Of a stretch of DNA of 64,000 nucleotides, positions 34,230 to 45,313 are shown in pieces (position 1 is the first letter of the stretch; each line of letters starts with the position of its first letter). The translations under genes and the position numbers were made by a program. The notes beneath the pieces are model-generated. The model saw only the letters and a program-made list of their open reading frames with translations, was not told the origin of the DNA and ran no database searches. Source of the stretch: Candidatus Nealsonbacteria bacterium (GTDB lineage: Bacteria; Patescibacteriota; Minisyncoccia; Minisyncoccales; JAUWAW01); assembly GCA_030601865.1 (NCBI GenBank), contig JAUWAW010000001.1, positions 46,433 through 110,432 on the forward strand, in the 5' to 3' direction.

Positions 34230-34316
34230 CCCTACGAATTACGAATTCATACGAATATACCAATAATTATCCCTTATTAAAAATTCGTATATTCGTAAGT
34301 ATTCGTAATTCGTAGG
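34230..34316. repeat. About 87-bp palindromic element built from TACGAAT heptamers (ACCCTACGAATTACGAATTCATACGAATATAC ... ATTCGTATATTCGTAAGTATTCGTAATTCGTAGG); repeat family G full copy
   Basis: Arms are reverse complements. Half-copies occur at 4149..4168 and 21418..21450, each abutting a start or stop codon. Confidence 0.65.
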
Positions 34317-34321
34317 AGAAT

Positions 34322-35273
<952 letters not shown>

Positions 35274-35274
<1 letters not shown>

Positions 35275-35471
35275 TGGAATGTTACTTTTGCCAACGTAAT
35301 ATTAAGGAAATCGATTTTAAGGAGACAATGTTGCTCCGAAATTTTATCTCGGGCTTGGGGAAAATCAGGCCGAGAAAAAAAACCGGCCTCTGCGCTAAAC
35401 ATCAGAGGCAATTGGCAAAGGCCATAAAGAGGGCCAGGCATTTGGGATTGCTTTCATATATCTCTAAATGA
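35274..35471 (+). CDS. rpsR: 30S ribosomal protein S18
   Basis: ...[32 protein letters not shown]. Confidence 0.85.
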
Positions 35472-36464
35472 ACCTTTATCTCTAAATAAACCTTCTTTTA
35501 TCTTCTTGGCTATTTTCGGATTCTCTTTCAAAAATGTCCTGGCGCCTTCCATGCCTTGGCCCAGTTTTGTATTCTCATATTGGAACCAAGACCCGGCTTT
35601 TTTTATGATTCCCTGTTTTAAGCCGGTATTTAAAATATCGCCTAAATAAGAAATGCCTTCGTTGTAATAAATGTCAAATTCAGTGGTCTTAAAGGGAGCG
35701 GCCACTTTATTTTTAACAATCTTAGCTTTGATACGACTGCCAATAATTTCATCTTTATATTTTATCTGGGCAATTCTCCTCAAATTAATCCTAACCGAAG
35801 AATAAAATTTCAAAGCCATCCCTCCAGGGGTTGTCTCAGGATTGCCGAAACGGATTCCGATTTTCATTCTAGTTTGATTCAAAAAGACAACTATGGTTTT
35901 GGTTTTAGACACAATTCCGGCCAGCTTTCTCAACGCTTGGCTCATTAACCTAGCTTGAAGTCCTATATGCTGGTCTCCCATCTCTCCAGCAATCTCTGCT
36001 TTGGGAGTTAAAGCAGCTACTGAATCAATAACAATGACATCAACCGTGCCTGACCTGACCAAGGACTCAACAATCTGCAAGGCCTGTTCTCCAGAGTCGG
36101 GTTGAGAAATAAGCAAATCGTCAGTATTTACTCCAAGACGTTTGGCATAATCAGGGTCTAAAGCATGTTCTGCATCAATAAAGGCGGCCACCCCTCCCTT
36201 TTTCTGAGCTTCAGCAGAGATATGTAACGCCAAGGTACTCTTTCCGGTGGACTCAGGCCCAAATATCTCAATAACCCGACCTCTGGGAATGCCTCCCACA
36301 CCCAAAGCCAAATCAAGAGAAATAGAGCCGGTCGGAATAGCATCTACATCTACTGCTCTGATCTCTTTTAGCTTGACAATCGCCCCTTCTCCAAACCGTT
36401 GTTTTATCTCATCTAAAGTTTCTTGAAGGTTGCCTTTTTCATCTTCTTTTTTTTGTTTTGCCAT
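35454..36464 (-). CDS. recA: Recombinase RecA
   Basis: Walker [10 protein letters not shown], the L1/L2 regions and ...[10 protein letters not shown]. Confidence 0.9.
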   Translation of the reverse strand: MAKQKKEDEKGNLQETLDEIKQRFGEGAIVKLKEIRAVDVDAIPTGSISLDLALGVGGIPRGRVIEIFGPESTGKSTLALHISAEAQKKGGVAAFIDAEHALDPDYAKRLGVNTDDLLISQPDSGEQALQIVESLVRSGTVDVIVIDSVAALTPKAEIAGEMGDQHIGLQARLMSQALRKLAGIVSKTKTIVVFLNQTRMKIGIRFGNPETTPGGMALKFYSSVRINLRRIAQIKYKDEIIGSRIKAKIVKNKVAAPFKTTEFDIYYNEGISYLGDILNTGLKQGIIKKAGSWFQYENTKLGQGMEGARTFLKENPKIAKKIKEGLFRDKGSFRDI

Positions 36465-36470
36465 AATGTC

Positions 36471-38984
36471 TCATAATAGCACTTTAAAGGTCTCGGGGTC
36501 AAGCTCTACTCTATCTCCTTTTTTTAGCTCGCCTGATAAGATGGCTTTAGCTAAAACGTTTTCTACTTTATCTTGGATAACCCTTCTCATTTCTCTTGCT
36601 CCAAAAGTAGGAGAATAGCCAAGCTTCACTATTTTCTCTTTGAGGGCATCGGTAATAATAAAGTCAATGTCTTTTCCTTTGAGGTTTTTCTTTAAGTCCT
36701 GAAACATCAGCTGGGCAATATCTAAAAGGTTATCTTTAGTTAAGGGCCTAAAAACAACCACCGCATCAAACCGATTAATAAATTCCGGTCGGAAGATTTC
36801 CTTCTCAAAAAGTTCATCTAAAAGTTTCTGTTTAACTTGAGACCACTCGGTTTTCTCTCGGAGAGCTTTTAAGATAATTTTATAACCAGCATTAGAAGTA
36901 GCAATAATGATTGAGTTCTGAAAACTTACTTTTCTGCCCTGGCCATCGGTTAAATACCCTTCGTCTAAAACCTGTAAAAACAAATTTAAGATGTTGGGAT
37001 GGGCTTTTTCAATTTCATCCAACAGTATTAGGGAAAAGGGATTTTCCCTAACCGGGGTAGTCAAAAGCCCTTCTTGGCCCAATTCTCCAATCAAACGAGG
37101 TATATCTTTTATGGCTTGGAACTCTGACATATCCAGTCGAATCATCCGTTTCTCTGACCTAAAATAAATTTCAGCTAAAACCTTAGAGGTTTCAGTTTTG
37201 CCCACACCAGTGGGGCCTAAGAATAAAAAGCTACCCATGGGACCCTTTCTAATGGTAATCTTAGCCCTGGCTCTTCTCAACGCCTCAGAAATTTCTCTAA
37301 CCGCTTCATCCTGATTAATGATTCTTTTGTGAATTAATTCTTCTAAATTAAGCAAAAGTTTTTTCTCTTTACCCGCTAATTCTCCTACCGGCACCTCTAC
37401 TTTTTCAGCAATAACTTTGGCCACATGACTGGGCAAAACAACAGGGTCTTTGGTTGAGGTGGCCACAAATGCTGCCACCTCATCTAAAAGGTCTATTGCT
37501 TTTTTAGGAAAAGGAAGGTTGGGCAAGTACTGGGCAGCTAAAGAAATTATCTCGCGGAGGGCAGGCTGTGAAATTAATACTTTATGGGTTTTTTCAAGGC
37601 GGAGACATAAACTTTCTAAAAGTTGGAGGGTTTCTTCTTGAGGAATCTCGGAGACCTCTACTTTTTCAAAAAGATTCAAAATAGAAGGATTCTGCTCAAT
37701 TTTTTGGTGCAGACCAGTATAAGTAGTAATGGCCATGATTTGGAATTGAGGAAGATGTAAATAAGAACCTAAAATCCCAGAAATATCAACCACGCCTGGC
37801 CGAGCTTCCCCACCAACATAATTGTGGAATTCATCAATGACCAAAATAATGTTGCCGGCAGAAACCGTTTCCTGGAAAATCTTCTCTAAATTCTCTTCTA
37901 CTTGCTCTGGGTCTGGCAAACGGGCTAAAAAAGAAGGCATATCTAATTCTACTATCCTTTTATAATTTATCGGCTCTGAACTCTCACCCAAAAAACTCTT
38001 TAAAGCGAGGGCCTGAACAATACTTCTTCTGCCGGTGCCTGCTTCCCCCACCAATAAAACATTATTGATTTTTGTGCGAGACAAAATTGTCTCCACCATC
38101 TTTATTTCTTCTTGATGGCCAACAACCTCGGGCAATCTCTTTTTGACAACATCGGTTAAATCCAGGGAATATTTATCTAAGGTTAAGGTATAACCGGCGG
38201 CCCATTCTTTAGCCAAGGTTCCCATTCTGGCTAAATTTTTGGCAGACCAGAATTTTTTTCTTTCTTTTACCTTCCACTCCAGGTTCTCCAACCACCAAGC
38301 CAAATTTTCAATATCTTCTACCTTAAGATTATTTTCAATTAAAATCTTTTGGAAAATAGAATTGTGTTGAGCCAGAGCAACTATTAAATCGGTTATCTCC
38401 ACTCTCACTCCTCCTCTTTCTTGAGCTCTTTTTAAGGCCCCCAGAATTGTCTTCTGGAAACACTCCGAGAAAGTTGCTCTGTCGGGGATGTTAGCCCCGA
38501 CATTTTTTAAGTGTCCTTCTAATGTTTTTTTAATTTTTTCTAAACTTAAAAGGGCCCTTTGAAAGACAAAATTTAATTTTTGGTTATCTATTAAAAGAAA
38601 ATAGAAAAGAAAGTTGGAATTAGTTTCACACTTTTTTCTTCTGGCCCATTTTATTGATTTTTGAACCGCCTTGGCTGTTTCAAAATTTAAAAACTCTGCC
38701 AAATTCTCTTTGTTTTTAATGGCCGGCTTCTTCAGCTTAAACTTGAAAAACGCCTCAATAAGCACGATTAAACCAGCCAAACAAAAGACAAAAATAGATA
38801 CACCCAAAAAACTGCTAAAAGCGAAATTAAAAAAATTGCCCAGGATACACAAGGAAAGAAATATGACAAAAAATACACTCAAAATCTTGCGCAGTTTTCT
38901 AAGGGTGCCCAAACAGAGAATTCTTTGCCATCTTAACGCCTTATAAATACCTGTTTGTTTTAGATTAAAATTAAACCCAGGCAT
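36471..38984 (-). CDS. Clp/Hsp100-family double AAA+ ATPase (ClpB/ClpC-like) with N-terminal transmembrane segments
   Basis: Two Walker A boxes (LLVGEAGTGRRS and FLFLGPTGVGKTE). The N-terminal 90 aa or so are predicted TM helices. Confidence 0.8.
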   Translation of the reverse strand: MPGFNFNLKQTGIYKALRWQRILCLGTLRKLRKILSVFFVIFLSLCILGNFFNFAFSSFLGVSIFVFCLAGLIVLIEAFFKFKLKKPAIKNKENLAEFLNFETAKAVQKSIKWARRKKCETNSNFLFYFLLIDNQKLNFVFQRALLSLEKIKKTLEGHLKNVGANIPDRATFSECFQKTILGALKRAQERGGVRVEITDLIVALAQHNSIFQKILIENNLKVEDIENLAWWLENLEWKVKERKKFWSAKNLARMGTLAKEWAAGYTLTLDKYSLDLTDVVKKRLPEVVGHQEEIKMVETILSRTKINNVLLVGEAGTGRRSIVQALALKSFLGESSEPINYKRIVELDMPSFLARLPDPEQVEENLEKIFQETVSAGNIILVIDEFHNYVGGEARPGVVDISGILGSYLHLPQFQIMAITTYTGLHQKIEQNPSILNLFEKVEVSEIPQEETLQLLESLCLRLEKTHKVLISQPALREIISLAAQYLPNLPFPKKAIDLLDEVAAFVATSTKDPVVLPSHVAKVIAEKVEVPVGELAGKEKKLLLNLEELIHKRIINQDEAVREISEALRRARAKITIRKGPMGSFLFLGPTGVGKTETSKVLAEIYFRSEKRMIRLDMSEFQAIKDIPRLIGELGQEGLLTTPVRENPFSLILLDEIEKAHPNILNLFLQVLDEGYLTDGQGRKVSFQNSIIIATSNAGYKIILKALREKTEWSQVKQKLLDELFEKEIFRPEFINRFDAVVVFRPLTKDNLLDIAQLMFQDLKKNLKGKDIDFIITDALKEKIVKLGYSPTFGAREMRRVIQDKVENVLAKAILSGELKKGDRVELDPETFKVLL

Positions 38985-39328
38985 AAGCCAACTATTAATA
39001 AAGCTGGCAAGGCAAGCCAGCCAATTAAAATTACTATTCCTGCCAAAAAGAATAAAACTTCTATTAAAAGACCAATGACGATTAAAAAGCTTCTCATCAC
39101 CGCGCCGATAAGACGGGTAATCATATTAAAAGTGAAGGTCTCGAAATATCTCTTCAAATCTAATCCTCGGCCATAAGAGGAGCGGTATCTTCGCCAAGGA
39201 GAAAAAAGAGTTCTCAAAAGCAAGCCCATAGAAAAATATTTCAAATTAAAAGCAAGGAAATTCTTCCAAGCTTTTAAAATTGCCCTGGGCACATCAAAAA
39301 AATGCCATTCTAAATATTTAATCAACAT
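38960..39328 (-). CDS. Hypothetical membrane protein
   Basis: 122-aa hydrophobic ORF overlapping the clp start. Weak support. Confidence 0.3.
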   Translation of the reverse strand: MLIKYLEWHFFDVPRAILKAWKNFLAFNLKYFSMGLLLRTLFSPWRRYRSSYGRGLDLKRYFETFTFNMITRLIGAVMRSFLIVIGLLIEVLFFLAGIVILIGWLALPALLIVGLCLGLILI

Positions 39329-40485
39329 AATTGCTTAGTTATTTTATTGTAGCACATTTGAATTAATTTCTTAATATCTATATTTTTCTCTGCTCTTTCT
39401 ACTTCTTTTAGATTGGCTTTGGTTGTTGGATGCTTTGGTAAGAATCTAACGCAGCAGTCCTGGTCCGGCAAAATGGAAATTTCAAAAGTATTGATTTGTC
39501 TTGCCATTTTAATTATCTCTTGTTTGTCCTGACCAAGCAAAGGCCTTAAAATTGGCAGGTCTGTTACTTGCTCAATAACTTTTATATTCTCTAAAGTTTG
39601 CGAAGCCACTTGGCCAATACTCTCTCCGGTAACAACGGCCAGACATTTTTCTTTTTTGGCGACTTCTTGAGCAATTCTGAACATCATCCGACGATACAAA
39701 ATCACTCTTAATTTGGCCGGGGTTTTAAGTAGAATTTCCTTCTGGATACCGGCAAAAGGCGCTAAATAAAGTTTTGAACCCTGCTGAAATTTGTCTAAAA
39801 CCTTGACTATTTTCTGGACTTTTTCAATTGATGCCTTGTTTGTGTAAGGATAGGCGTGAAAGTGCAGGAAAATTATGGCCACTCCCCTTTTGAGCATTAA
39901 AAAAGCAGCCACTGGAGAGTCAATGCCACCTGATAAAAGAGTCACTGCTTTTCCGCTGACGTTGACGGGCAAGCCACCCTGCCCCTTTATTCTTTCTGTA
40001 TATAAAAAGGCAAACTTCTCTACTATTTCAATAAATAAAGTAATATCCGGGTTCTCCAAATCAACTTTTTTCTTTAATTTCTTTAAAATTTCTGCCCCCA
40101 CTTGTTCATTAATCTCTGTTGAGGTTAATAGAAACTCTTTTTTTGACCGTTGCGTGGCAATTTTAAAAGTTTTAAATTTTTGAGTTTTCAAAACTTCAAG
40201 CGCTTTCTTTTTTATTTCGCCAATTTTTTGTGGGCAGTCTACGGCAAAAGCAAAATAAGCAATGCCAAAGACATTTTTTAATACCCCGGCAATTTTTTTT
40301 CCCTCTCCACTGCCCTTCTCACTTATTTTAACCAAAAGCCGTCCTGAAATCCTTTTAACAAATTCAAAAAACTCTGGCCTTAGCGCCTTTTTAATGTTCT
40401 CCACCAACTTTTCCTCAAAAAACCGCCGATTTTTCCCTTTCAACCCAATCTCTGCGTAGTGACAAATAATATACTCCATTAGCAT
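39322..40485 (-). CDS. thiI: tRNA 4-thiouridine synthase ThiI (THUMP + PP-loop, no rhodanese domain)
   Basis: PP-loop SGGIDSPVAAFLMLKRG with an N-terminal THUMP-like region. Confidence 0.8.
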   Translation of the reverse strand: MLMEYIICHYAEIGLKGKNRRFFEEKLVENIKKALRPEFFEFVKRISGRLLVKISEKGSGEGKKIAGVLKNVFGIAYFAFAVDCPQKIGEIKKKALEVLKTQKFKTFKIATQRSKKEFLLTSTEINEQVGAEILKKLKKKVDLENPDITLFIEIVEKFAFLYTERIKGQGGLPVNVSGKAVTLLSGGIDSPVAAFLMLKRGVAIIFLHFHAYPYTNKASIEKVQKIVKVLDKFQQGSKLYLAPFAGIQKEILLKTPAKLRVILYRRMMFRIAQEVAKKEKCLAVVTGESIGQVASQTLENIKVIEQVTDLPILRPLLGQDKQEIIKMARQINTFEISILPDQDCCVRFLPKHPTTKANLKEVERAEKNIDIKKLIQMCYNKITKQLC

Positions 40486-40488
40486 ATT

Positions 40489-41640
40489 TTAACATATAAT
40501 TATTCCGCCGCCTAAAAGTTTTTCTCCTTTATAGAAAACCACTGATTGACCCGGGGTGACGGCGCGTTGGGGCTTGGCAAAAATTACTTTACAGCGCCTG
40601 CCCGCTATTTTTTTTATTGCTTCAACTTCAATTACTGGCGAACGATACCTTATTTTCGCTTTTATCCCAACTATTGGAGTTGAACTCCAATAGTTTGAAA
40701 TCCAGTTAACATCTTTGACAATCAATTCTTTTTTTTCCAAATGTTTTTCGTTCTTGGTGACAATTAAAGCATTATTTTTGACATCCTTGTCTAAAACATA
40801 GTATGGACCTCCGGCAAGCCCTATCCCCTTTCGCTGACCAATAGTATAAAACCACAACCCCTGATGCTCGCCAATACTACGAGAACAGTTCTCGTAGTAT
40901 TCTAAGATGGGGCCAGGATTTGTTTTAAGATGTTTTCTCAAAAATTCCTCTGTTGTTTTTTTAATAAAGCAAACTTCTTGAGATTCTCTGGCTTCAAGTA
41001 CCGGCAAGTCAAACTCCTTGGCCATCTGTCTTACTTGTCTTTTGGTGTAATCCCCAATGGGAAACAAAATGTGTTTTAATTGTTTCTGGCCCAACTGCCA
41101 TAAAAAATATGATTGATCTTTTTCTTTATCTTTTGCTCTTACCAATGTGTAATTTTGTATTTTTGTGTCAGAATTCTGCGACCTGCCCGTAATGCTTCGC
41201 ATAGCGATACAGGCGGGTCGCAGGATTTTGACACAGTTTAGATCTTTATTTGTATTTTCACATTTACGCGCATAGTGGCCAGTGGCAATAAAATCTGCGT
41301 CCAAGCCCAAGGCTTTTTTCAATAAAAGTCCAAATTTTATTTCTTTGTTGCAGACCACACAAGGGTTGGGGGTTCTGCCTCTTTTATATTCTTTCAAAAA
41401 ATAATTAATGATTTTTCTCTTAAACTCTTTTCTTAAATCCAAAACCAAAAATGGAATGCCTAATTTTTTAGCAATTTTTCTGACTCTTCTCTCACTTTCT
41501 CTGAAATGAGACGACTCATAAAGTTTCATAAAAACTCCTGTTACATTAAAATTAGCCCTTTTAAGAAGGGCTGCTGCTACCGAACTATCCACGCCACCGG
41601 ACATCGCCACTATTACCTTATTTTTTCTTTTTGCTTTCAT
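40489..41640 (-). CDS. mnmA: tRNA-specific 2-thiouridylase MnmA (carries two in-frame palindromic inserts)
   Basis: PP-loop VIVAMSGGVDSSVAAALL and the catalytic Cys regions. The inserts are at 41164..41235 and 40874..40900. Confidence 0.85.
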   Translation of the reverse strand: MKAKRKNKVIVAMSGGVDSSVAAALLKRANFNVTGVFMKLYESSHFRESERRVRKIAKKLGIPFLVLDLRKEFKRKIINYFLKEYKRGRTPNPCVVCNKEIKFGLLLKKALGLDADFIATGHYARKCENTNKDLNCVKILRPACIAMRSITGRSQNSDTKIQNYTLVRAKDKEKDQSYFLWQLGQKQLKHILFPIGDYTKRQVRQMAKEFDLPVLEARESQEVCFIKKTTEEFLRKHLKTNPGPILEYYENCSRSIGEHQGLWFYTIGQRKGIGLAGGPYYVLDKDVKNNALIVTKNEKHLEKKELIVKDVNWISNYWSSTPIVGIKAKIRYRSPVIEVEAIKKIAGRRCKVIFAKPQRAVTPGQSVVFYKGEKLLGGGIIIC

Positions 41641-42007
41641 GGTCCTTGATGGCTGATTTAAGGGCTGTTTCGGCTAATCGGATACAATGAAGTTTTGGTT
41701 TGGGAACTTCGCCCACTTGTTCAGCAATATCGTCAAAAGTAATCTTCTTTGCCTGTTTCAACGTCTTGCCTTCTGCCAAAGCGCAAATCATATCTGAAAT
41801 GGCTATGGCGTGTCCGCATCCGAGCGTTTCAAATTTTGCCTCTTTAATACGTTCTTTTCCATCCTTTTTTTCTACTTTGATATAAATTTTCATCACGTCG
41901 CCACACCTCAAATTTTGGGTATCCCCTACTCCATTTGCATCTTTAATCTTGCCCAAGTGTCTGGGGTGTAAAAAATGCTCCATTATTTTTTTTGAGTAAT
42001 AAACCAT
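41618..42007 (-). CDS. iscU: Fe-S cluster assembly scaffold (IscU/NifU-like)
   Basis: MEHFLHPRHLG...LRCGDVMKIYIKV...LGCGHAIAISDM. Confidence 0.8.
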   Translation of the reverse strand: MVYYSKKIMEHFLHPRHLGKIKDANGVGDTQNLRCGDVMKIYIKVEKKDGKERIKEAKFETLGCGHAIAISDMICALAEGKTLKQAKKITFDDIAEQVGEVPKPKLHCIRLAETALKSAIKDHESKKKK

Positions 42008-42011
42008 AAAA

Positions 42012-43142
42012 TTAATATCTTCCCGAAATCTTTCTCAGCCGTTTTATAACCTCGGGTAAGATTTTTAAAACATAGTCAATTTCCTGTTTTGTCGTATACC
42101 TCCCCAAGGTTAATCTCAAAGAACCATGGGCTTGTTCTGGAGTAAGCCCCAAAGCTAAAAGCACATGAGAGGGCTCTAAGCTTCTTGTAGAACAAGCCGA
42201 GCCAGTGGAGGCGGCAATTCCCTCCTGGTCCAAAGCAATCACCATACTTTCTCCTTCTGCGCCTTCAAAAGTAACATTAACATTGTTGGCAAGGCGATAT
42301 TCTCTTGAGCCATTTAATTTTGAGTTGGGAATTTTTTCTAAGATGCTGTCAATGAGTTTGTCGCGCAGTTCTTGGGTTTTGGGGATGTTGGGGATGTTAG
42401 GGATTTGGCTAATGGCAGTGCCCAAACCAACAATTCCAGCTACGTTCTCGGTGCCAGAGCGCATTCCGTGTTCTTGATTTCCACCATAGATTAAAGGTCT
42501 AATTGAAGTGCCCTTTTTAATATACAAAGCGCCGATTCCTTTGGGTCCGTAAATCTTGTGGGCAGACAAAGTCAAAAGGTCAACACCTAATTTTTGCACA
42601 TCACAATCTAAATAATTTACTGCCTGCACTGCATCAGTATGAAATAGAATTTTTGAGTTTTTTAATAACTTACCAATTTCAGCAATTGGCTGGATACTGC
42701 CGATTTCATTGTTGGCATACATTACAGAAACTAAAACTGTGTTTTCTTTAATGGCTTTCTCAACATCAGAAACTTTAACTATCCCTTCTTTACCTACCGG
42801 CAAATAAGTAACTTCTACTCCTTCCTTTTCTAATGCTTCACAAGGTTCAAAAACTGCGTGATGCTCAATTTTGGTTGTAATGATATGTGAAGGACTTATT
42901 CCAAAAATGGCTAAGTTGTTTGCCTCGGTGGCTGAGCCGGTAAAAACAATTTCTGAAGGAGAACAACTCAAAAAACCGGCCACTCTTTCTCTGGCTTTAT
43001 CAACTGCCATTTGAGCTTTTTGACCGAAATTATGAATTGAAGAAGGATTGCCGCATTCCTCTTTCAAATACGGCAACATCTCCTTCAAAACCTTAGGGTC
43101 AACCGGTGTGGTCGCCGCGTAATCAAGATAAATTGGCTTCAT
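42012..43142 (-). CDS. iscS: Cysteine desulfurase (IscS/NifS family)
   Basis: The PLP-lysine region SAHKIYGPKGIGALYIKKG and an active-site loop with GSACS. Contains an in-frame tandem IPNIPNIPK repeat. Confidence 0.85.
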   Translation of the reverse strand: MKPIYLDYAATTPVDPKVLKEMLPYLKEECGNPSSIHNFGQKAQMAVDKARERVAGFLSCSPSEIVFTGSATEANNLAIFGISPSHIITTKIEHHAVFEPCEALEKEGVEVTYLPVGKEGIVKVSDVEKAIKENTVLVSVMYANNEIGSIQPIAEIGKLLKNSKILFHTDAVQAVNYLDCDVQKLGVDLLTLSAHKIYGPKGIGALYIKKGTSIRPLIYGGNQEHGMRSGTENVAGIVGLGTAISQIPNIPNIPKTQELRDKLIDSILEKIPNSKLNGSREYRLANNVNVTFEGAEGESMVIALDQEGIAASTGSACSTRSLEPSHVLLALGLTPEQAHGSLRLTLGRYTTKQEIDYVLKILPEVIKRLRKISGRY

Positions 43143-43234
43143 ATTATTTCTCTAATTTAACACATTTTCTTGTATTATATTACTTTAACAAAAAAGTTTG
43201 TTTTGGTCAATTTAGGCTTTTTGTTATACTAAAT

Positions 43235-45313
43235 ATGATGACTAAGAAAGCATTAATTTTTTCTTTCTTTGTTTTAGGGCTAACCTCGCTTCTCAGTCAA
43301 GTTATGATTCTGCGGGAATTAACCGTGAGTTTTTACGGTAATGAATTTTTTATTGGTTTGGTTTTAGCTTCCTGGTTGGCCTGGGTGGCGGTGGGCAGCG
43401 GGCTGGGAGGAAAACTCTTAAACAAAATTAAGGAAACCTCGGGTCTTTTAATCAGCCTTTACTTCTTAGTTGGACTTTTCTTTTTTTTGGAAATATTTTT
43501 AATTAGGTTTTTAAAGGGATGGATCGGGATGCCCGGAGAAATTCCCAATTTAATCATAGCCGGTCTAACTGCTTTATTAACTCCTGCCCCGCTCTGTTTA
43601 CTTTTGGGTTTGTGGTGGACCTGTGCCACCAGAATGTTTTCCCAGGGAAAAGCTCAACTTGTTAATCGCGCCTATTTCATAGAAACCCTGGGCTTTATTT
43701 TAGGTGGCATTTTGTTTAGCCTTTTTTTGGTCAATCTCCAGTTTCCCTGGATGGCTAACTTTCAATTCAAAGGACAAAACTTATTAGAATCAGTCAATTC
43801 TCCTTACGGCAATATTGCTGTAACTAAAATTGGGGAACAATATAATTTTTATGAAAGTGGATTGCTTTTGGGCTCTGAAGAAGAAATTCAATTTTCAGAA
43901 GATTTAATCCACCTTTCCCTTTTACAACATCCTTCTCCTCAAAAAGTTCTTTTAATTGGCAATGGTTTTAATGGGGCTGTAAATGAGATATTGAAACACC
44001 AGCCAGAAAAAATTTATTATTTAGAACTTGACCCAAAATTAATTGAACTTTCCCAAAAATATATCTCTCAAGAATTTAAAGAAGTATTGACTCATCCAGC
44101 TGTAAAAATTATCAATACTGATGGCCGTTATTTTCTTCAAGGAACTAAAGAAAAATTTGATGCCATTTTGCTTAATTTACCAGACCCCTCAACCGCTTTA
44201 ATTAATCGCTTTTACACACAAGAGTTTTTTGAAAAAGCAAAAGAGAAATTAGCCCCAAACGGGATTTTTGCTACCTATCTTACCTTCTCCCCCAGCACTC
44301 CGGGTAAAAATTTAGAAAACCTTAATGCTTCCATATTTAGAACCTTAAAAAAAGTTTTCAATCAAGTAATTGTTTTGCCGGAAGAAACCAATTTCTTTTT
44401 GGCTTCCCAGAACGAAAATTTGACTTACAATTTTGAAATCTTGATTCAAAGATTTGAACAAAGGAATATTGAAACTAAATTTCTTACTAAAGAATATATA
44501 ACTTATCGTCTGTCTAATGATAGGATTGAAAAGACACTGGCTTTGTTTGAAAAAAATGAAAAAGCTAAAGAAAATAAAGATTTCAAACCCATTGCTTATT
44601 TTTACCAGACCCTATTTTGGTTAGACCGTTTTTACCCTCAATTTTCTAATTTTTTTAAACAGTTGGTTTCTGCTTTTTGGTTAGTATTTGCTGGCGCTTT
44701 AATATTTTTAACCCTGCTTTTGCTTAAAAGAAGAAAAGGTTGGAGAAAAAACTTTTCTCTATTATCTGTAGCTATAGCTGGATTTTCTTTAATGGCCTTG
44801 GAAATAATAATTATTTTCAGTTATCAAATAACCATTGGTTATCTTTATTACCGAATCGCTTTGTTGATTGCTGCCTTAATGGCAGGCATGGCCCTTGGTG
44901 TTTGGTATGGAAATAAGAAAGGGCGACCACACAAGGTCGCCCCTACATTCCATTTATTATTAATAATGTTCTGTGTAATCTTATTTTTAGCATTTCCTTT
45001 TCTTTCAAAAATTCCTTCTGGTCTGACAGCAGAAATTATCTTTTTAATTTGTGCAGGTGTGGCTGGATTTTTAGGAGCGGCTATTTTTTCCTTTGCCAAC
45101 CAACTATATCTTTCTTCTCAATCGGACCCTCATAAAAAAACCGGCACCATCTACGCAGTAGATTTAGCCGGTTCTTGTTTTGGAGCCCTATTGCCCGGTT
45201 TAATTCTTATCCCGGTTTTCGGCGTTTTCCAAACCTTAATTGTTATTGCCTTGGCCAACCTCTGGATAGTATTAATTTTCTTGGGGTTTAATACGGGCGA
45301 TTTTTCTTTTTAG
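43235..45313 (+). CDS. Membrane-embedded spermidine synthase-like (polyamine aminopropyltransferase) protein with N- and C-terminal multi-TM regions
   Basis: Central SpeE-like domain (VLLIGNGFNGAVNEIL...YYLELDPKLIELS...DAILLNLPDP) flanked by hydrophobic segments. The start is probably 43235; the annotated 43106 overlaps iscS. Confidence 0.65.
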   Translation: MMTKKALIFSFFVLGLTSLLSQVMILRELTVSFYGNEFFIGLVLASWLAWVAVGSGLGGKLLNKIKETSGLLISLYFLVGLFFFLEIFLIRFLKGWIGMPGEIPNLIIAGLTALLTPAPLCLLLGLWWTCATRMFSQGKAQLVNRAYFIETLGFILGGILFSLFLVNLQFPWMANFQFKGQNLLESVNSPYGNIAVTKIGEQYNFYESGLLLGSEEEIQFSEDLIHLSLLQHPSPQKVLLIGNGFNGAVNEILKHQPEKIYYLELDPKLIELSQKYISQEFKEVLTHPAVKIINTDGRYFLQGTKEKFDAILLNLPDPSTALINRFYTQEFFEKAKEKLAPNGIFATYLTFSPSTPGKNLENLNASIFRTLKKVFNQVIVLPEETNFFLASQNENLTYNFEILIQRFEQRNIETKFLTKEYITYRLSNDRIEKTLALFEKNEKAKENKDFKPIAYFYQTLFWLDRFYPQFSNFFKQLVSAFWLVFAGALIFLTLLLLKRRKGWRKNFSLLSVAIAGFSLMALEIIIIFSYQITIGYLYYRIALLIAALMAGMALGVWYGNKKGRPHKVAPTFHLLLIMFCVILFLAFPFLSKIPSGLTAEIIFLICAGVAGFLGAAIFSFANQLYLSSQSDPHKKTGTIYAVDLAGSCFGALLPGLILIPVFGVFQTLIVIALANLWIVLIFLGFNTGDFSF

